Shown here one piece after another: positions 59,195 through 64,000 of a stretch of 64,000 nt of DNA (its first letter is position 1; every line of letters begins with the position of its first letter). The translations under genes were made by a program, and so were the position numbers. The notes under the pieces are model-generated. The model saw nothing but the letters and a program-made list of their open reading frames with translations. It did not search any database and was not told the DNA's origin. The stretch comes from Nitrosopumilus sp. GTDB lineage: Archaea; Thermoproteota; Nitrososphaeria; Nitrososphaerales; Nitrosopumilaceae. Location of the stretch: positions 352,001 to 416,000 of the forward strand of contig OY763927.2 in NCBI GenBank assembly GCA_963667665.2, given 5' to 3'.

Positions 59195-60064
59195 ATGTCA
59201 AAATCAACTACAATAATCCCCATCCTAGTCGCACTAGTTGCAATTGTTACCCCATCTCTCACTTTTGTGGATTCTATCAATCCATTTTCAGCCCCAAATA
59301 TTGAATATTACATAGAACCTAAAGCAGAAAATTATCTATTAACTTTGAAAAATTCAGGAAACACTCAAGCTACAAATGTAACTGCCATACTTACATCTGA
59401 AAAATCTATTTTTGAGTCTAATTAAACAAGGATAGCATTTAGTTCGATAGACTTTGAAAATTTGATTATAACCAATACAACATTAAACATGGAAATTCCA
59501 AAATTCCCACCAGGTGATGGTTCAAGAATTAAAATTGAATTTCCTCAAATGGACGGTACTACAGCTGAATCTATGAAGTTTCAGCTCAAGACATATTTTG
59601 TATATGATCAAGGCAGCAACTCACAAAATGTGGTTTTCAGTTTCGCTACTATGCTAGGAATTATTCTAGGAGTAGAAATACCTGCAATCTTTATTTTTGG
59701 TTCTTACTATCATTCTCGAAAGAGCACCATGAAAATGGTTAAAGAGTTATTACAAATTAGATATCGGTTAGTAAATAGTATCCAAAATAATAATTTATCA
59801 AAAATAAACCTTAAACCTATAATAACAAAATATTATAAAAGAACGGCATTAGCAAATCATTCTTTGATACAAGAATATACTACAATGTTAGATTTTGAGC
59901 AATTATTAGAAGAAAGAAACAATATGCAAGGAGTAAATTACCAATTCAAAAATAAATCATGTTTATCAAAATTAGATAGCATACTGAATCAAACCAATTG
60001 GTCTGCCCATTACGAAATACAAACTATTTTCAGAATAATGTTTTTTAGAATTAGATACAAATAA
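59195..60064 (+). pseudogene. Membrane protein split by an in-frame TAA at 59423
   Basis: ORFs 59195-59425 and 59462-60064 are in the same frame with an open stretch between them. Confidence 0.65.
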
Positions 60065-60275
60065 GATAATAATTAGATTCTAAGTCTTTTTTCAATAAAA
60101 AACAGATAATCTAAAATGTCTTCATAATTTTGAATGTATATTGTCAGATGGATAGAATCAATTATTTTCTTATGAGCAGACAAGACATTCTTACTGAAAA
60201 AGAAATTAAAAACATTGTAAAAGATTTGAAAGGTCACGTAACTACATAATTTCAAAACTGATTTTTCTATATGAT

Positions 60276-60725
60276 TTATCTGAACATATTCTCGGTAGCT
60301 TCATTCACTTTTGGAACTTTTAATGATTGGTCTGCTCCACGGAATAATTCTGCTAATTCCTGTAATACAAAGAATCCATCAATAACTGTATCAAATAACA
60401 TTTGTGGAGAAAAATTTTGTTGAATTAAAAATTTGAATCCTTCTACTGCCGTAAAATCTTCCGCTATCATCGGAGTAAAATTTCGTTCTCTAAGTGGTTT
60501 AGAAAATAGTTTATTGATTTCGATTTTTTCTGCATCAGGTTTGGCTTTGTAATCTCCCTTGAGGCTTGTCCCTACTCCAACAGAAGCTATTATTCTTAAC
60601 ATATCGAATTTAGGAAGATATTCTACGAATACTACAAAATTATCTGCTTCAAAAGGTCTAATTTTTATTGCAAATTTTACATCTTCATTTTTAGACCCAA
60701 ATTCCTCTACACGTAGTATTTCCAA
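60276..60725 (-). CDS. Hypothetical protein (start uncertain)
   Basis: 149-aa ORF; frame open upstream to about 60770. Confidence 0.6.
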   Translation of the reverse strand: MEILRVEEFGSKNEDVKFAIKIRPFEADNFVVFVEYLPKFDMLRIIASVGVGTSLKGDYKAKPDAEKIEINKLFSKPLRERNFTPMIAEDFTAVEGFKFLIQQNFSPQMLFDTVIDGFFVLQELAELFRGADQSLKVPKVNEATENMFR

Positions 60726-61038
60726 AGTCTTCAGGATTTTTTTCTTAAGTTTGAGTACGTCAGTTAAGTAAAAATATAATACCCGTCATCACCATAAAAG
60801 ACTATGGTTACAATACCAAAAAAAGTCACTTTTGGGGATCTTGTCATAGAACAGGATGAAGATGTATTACGTATCCAAGAATTATTTAGAAAATAGATAT
60901 TTTCTCAAGACAAACCATTCAATTTTGGCATAATTTGTTTTATTATTTACAACATTTTGTATGAAGTAAAATGTGTTACTCATTAGCTAACGCCAATTGC
61001 AATACAGTTGCTTTATCTATGTATGAGAATTATAATCC

Positions 61039-61170
61039 ATGAAAGCAAAATTTGCGACATCTTGTATATCTTGTGGTGATAATATTCAGCCTGGAAAAGA
61101 AATTGTCAAAAATAATGATGAAAAATGGGTTCACAAGCATTGTGCTGATGATTCAGAAGAATTACCCTAA
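61039..61170 (+). CDS. Small Zn-binding protein (not in ORF track)
   Basis: Manual translation MKAKFATSCISCGDNIQPGKEIVKNNDEKWVHKHCADDSEELP (CxxC...HxxC). Confidence 0.65.
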   Translation: MKAKFATSCISCGDNIQPGKEIVKNNDEKWVHKHCADDSEELP

Positions 61171-61199
61171 AAATTAATAGCCTCCTATTTCAAATAAAT

Positions 61200-62045
61200 T
61201 TGAAATTATTTTTGGTCTCAATAAATCCACTTGATGTATTTCTATGGACTCTTCGTCGAAACGAAAAAGATGTTGTAAATCTTTACAATGCATTATCTCC
61301 AGTAATGCAACTTGCAACTGGAGGATCTATGCTGAATTTTGGATATTGGGATAATGAAAATTCTGATCCAATTTCTGCTCAAAACAATCTGTGTTCTAAT
61401 TTTGCAAAAATGGCTGAACTAGAAACTGCTAAAACTATAATTGATGTTGGAAGTGGATTATCGGCCCCTGCAATTTTTTGGAGAAATAATTTTGAAAACT
61501 TGTCAATTTATTGTGTAAATATCAATCATTCTCAACTTCTTTATTCAGGTAGTCAAAAAAATATAGAATTCATAAACTCGTCTTCTACAAAATTACCTTT
61601 CTCTAAACATTCTATTGACCGTGTTTTGGCATTAGAATCCGCACAACACTTCAAACCAATTTCAGAATTTATCTCTGAATCAAAAAGAGTGTTATCTGAT
61701 TCTGGATTACTTGTTTTGGCAATTCCTGTTACTGTAAATACATCATCAATTTCAAAATTAGGAATTTTAAAATTTACCTGGTCATCTGAACATTATAGTT
61801 TAGAACAGATTCGTAAGGTAGTTACTTTAGGTGGGTTTACAATTTCTGAAGAAAAACTAATTGGTTCTTCTGTTTATGATCCTTTGGCTGATTATTATCT
61901 TCAAAAAAGAAACCAATTGAAAGAATTAATCTCACAACAATACCCATCATATGTTGAATCTCTTCTTTTCAAATCAATTCAAAAAATGAAAAAAGCATCA
62001 AAAGAGAAAATAATTGATTATGTGTTATTAAAATGCCATTTGTAG
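61200..62045 (+). CDS. Class I SAM-dependent methyltransferase
   Basis: LNFGYW, IDVGSG, LESAQHF. Confidence 0.9.
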   Translation: MKLFLVSINPLDVFLWTLRRNEKDVVNLYNALSPVMQLATGGSMLNFGYWDNENSDPISAQNNLCSNFAKMAELETAKTIIDVGSGLSAPAIFWRNNFENLSIYCVNINHSQLLYSGSQKNIEFINSSSTKLPFSKHSIDRVLALESAQHFKPISEFISESKRVLSDSGLLVLAIPVTVNTSSISKLGILKFTWSSEHYSLEQIRKVVTLGGFTISEEKLIGSSVYDPLADYYLQKRNQLKELISQQYPSYVESLLFKSIQKMKKASKEKIIDYVLLKCHL

Positions 62046-62104
62046 TGAAATTCTTAAAATCCATAGGCTAGGTTTTTATTTTTGACGTCATAACTGAGTT
62101 TATC

Positions 62105-62494
62105 GTGTCAAATCTAGATGTTACTTTGAAGTTGTATGCTAAAAAATGTACTAGTCTTCTTGGAGAATCTGAAATCCGATTTGCAGGAATTATTAACAAA
62201 GATGGTAAACTTGTAGCTGGTGGATTTAAAGAAGGAATTACTCCTTATGAAAACGATGAGACTAAACTACAGTCCTTTTTTGAGTTTGTTTCAAAAGTAT
62301 CTATTCGAAAAGAACTCGATGAAAGCTTAGGGCCGATTAATTATCTTGCTGCTAGGCGAGACAAGGCAGTTTTAGTAAGTTTTCCATTTCCTATCACACA
62401 AATTCTACTGCTGATATCTGCAGAACCTACTGTCAACATTGAAAGTTTGGCTAAAAAAGTTGTTGAAATATTCACCGATGTCAATCAATTCTAA
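62105..62494 (+). CDS. Thaumarchaeal roadblock-like protein (DUF6659-like)
   Basis: IRFAGIINKDGKLVAGG, LGPINY..RRDK. Confidence 0.75.
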   Translation: MSNLDVTLKLYAKKCTSLLGESEIRFAGIINKDGKLVAGGFKEGITPYENDETKLQSFFEFVSKVSIRKELDESLGPINYLAARRDKAVLVSFPFPITQILLLISAEPTVNIESLAKKVVEIFTDVNQF

Positions 62495-62545
62495 TTGAAC
62501 AATCTGACGAATTATTTAATAATGCCAAAAATTGATTTTTAGAAC

Positions 62546-63595
62546 ATGACTCGTTATTTCGCAATAATTTTCTTATTAGTGTTAATCCCTTTGAGTTTTT
62601 CTTTAGCATTTGGAAGTGTAGACGATTTCACAACTGACAAATCTCTCTATTATGAAGGCGACACACTGCATGTTTCTGGAACTGTTTCTTCTGAACTTGA
62701 TTCGCCTAATGTAACTATAGTAATTTTTAATCCTGGTAAATCTACATTCGTAACTCTTGGATCCGCCATTGCTAATTCTGATGGTAGTTTTTCATCTACT
62801 CTTCTGGTTGGCGGACCTACTTGGTCTACTTATGGATTCTATCCTATACAAGTAACATCTGAAGGGAGCAGTATGGAAAAATCTATAGAATACAGAGAAT
62901 CTTCCACAACTACACCCAAATCAACACCTGAACCCGGCTCTGCTCCTGAATCTATTTCTGAACCAACACCTGAACCCGGTTCTACTACTGAATCTATTTC
63001 TGAACCAACACCTACACAGTTTTCTACTTTTACCACATTAAAATTTCAAATTTCAAATTTTCCCTCCTTTGATAAATCCCCACAATACTATATTGATAGA
63101 TACAATGATGAATCTAGTTACAAGTCTTGGTTTGATTCACAGTTTCCTCTTAATTCCGTTGATGATGTAGTGGGTTACAAGTCAACTCCACTTGATGGTT
63201 TCCCATCTCTTGATAAATCCCCACAATATTATATTGATAGATACAATGATGAATCTAGTTACAAGTCTTGGTTTGATTCACAGTTTCCAGATATTTCTAT
63301 ATATAATATTTTAGGATATGAAAATCCTGTTCCTACACCAACCTGGATTAAAATTGATGCTAAATTATGGGCAACTGGTGATATAGATAATTCTGATTTT
63401 ACAACCGGAATAGAATTTATGTTAGAAAATAATATTATTATGATTTCTGACATTCCTACCGAAACTTCAGATAATGAAATTCCAGCTTGGGTTCGAAATA
63501 ATGCATTATGGTGGTCTCAGGATTTAGTTTCAGAATATGAATTTGTAAACTCTTTGAAATTTCTTATTCAGGACGGAATAATTTCAGTTAATTAA
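62546..63595 (+). CDS. Secreted/surface protein with thaumarchaeal IPxWxxNNAxWW C-terminal domain and internal duplications
   Basis: Signal peptide, PEPGS..ESISEPT x2, FPS.DKSPQYYIDRYNDESSYKSWFDSQFP x2, IPAWVRNNALWW. Confidence 0.85.
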   Translation: MTRYFAIIFLLVLIPLSFSLAFGSVDDFTTDKSLYYEGDTLHVSGTVSSELDSPNVTIVIFNPGKSTFVTLGSAIANSDGSFSSTLLVGGPTWSTYGFYPIQVTSEGSSMEKSIEYRESSTTTPKSTPEPGSAPESISEPTPEPGSTTESISEPTPTQFSTFTTLKFQISNFPSFDKSPQYYIDRYNDESSYKSWFDSQFPLNSVDDVVGYKSTPLDGFPSLDKSPQYYIDRYNDESSYKSWFDSQFPDISIYNILGYENPVPTPTWIKIDAKLWATGDIDNSDFTTGIEFMLENNIIMISDIPTETSDNEIPAWVRNNALWWSQDLVSEYEFVNSLKFLIQDGIISVN

Positions 63596-63647
63596 ATTTC
63601 AATTTGAACAAATAGTTTTAATTTGATATTGATTTACATTCATTAAA

Positions 63648-64000
63648 TTGAAAGCAACATTTGGCGCTGGGTGTTTTTGGCATGTCGAGGATTTACTTAG
63701 TAAAACCAAGGGTGTCAAATCTACCAAAGTTGGATATATTGGAGGCCAACTTCCTAATCCAACATATGAAGAGGTATGCACAGACAAAACAGGGCATGCT
63801 GAGGCTGTAGAGGTAGAGTATGATCCAGATGAGATATCTTATGAAGTACTTCTTGATGTATTTTGGAATAATCACAATCCCACAACATTGAATCGTCAAG
63901 GGCCTGATGTGGGAATTCAGTATCGCTCAGCAATTTTTTATCATAATGATGAACAAAAAGAAATTGCTGAAAAATCAAAACAAACAATTGAAAAATCTGG
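63648..64000 (+). CDS. msrA: Peptide methionine sulfoxide reductase MsrA (runs off the window end)
   Basis: Manual translation (TTG)[13 protein letters not shown]...[27 protein letters not shown]. Confidence 0.95.
   Translation, partial: MKATFGAGCFWHVEDLLSKTKGVKSTKVGYIGGQLPNPTYEEVCTDKTGHAEAVEVEYDPDEISYEVLLDVFWNNHNPTTLNRQGPDVGIQYRSAIFYHNDEQKEIAEKSKQTIEKS

Noticed and set aside
63599-63987. Minus-strand ORFs at the window end
   Set aside because: Antisense shadows of msrA

Overview
Window from an AT-rich ammonia-oxidising archaeon (Nitrosopumilus-like Thaumarchaeota, judged from the 16S-23S rRNA operon with no spacer tRNA, EF-1alpha/S10/RpoP, FBP aldolase/phosphatase and a DnaJ-ferredoxin fusion). 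Positions 1-24.5 kb and about 58.6-64 kb are ordinary core genome. Directly behind the 23S gene lies a roughly 29 kb variable region with five parts. (i) A ~5 kb defence-cargo island (RelE-type toxin-antitoxin pair, ApeA-like HEPN protein) bounded by a 28-bp direct repeat of the 23S 3' processing-stem sequence; its only recombinase relic is an IS6-like DDE transposase sitting next to the right repeat, with no visible terminal inverted repeats. (ii) A family of IS6-type elements with GGTTCTGTAAC ends carrying restriction-modification passengers, including one with both ends, an 8-bp target duplication and an in-frame methyltransferase-DDE fusion. (iii) A visibly GC-richer ~16 kb block with a DUF285/BspA-type pseudogene, a two-repeat CRISPR-like relic and IS481/IS5 relics. 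(iv) Inside that block, an 11 kb giant surface-protein gene built from near-identical 360-bp modules with an optional inserted P-domain cassette. (v) A patchwork of deletion-fused gene fragments. All family calls come from motif recognition by eye; no searches were run.
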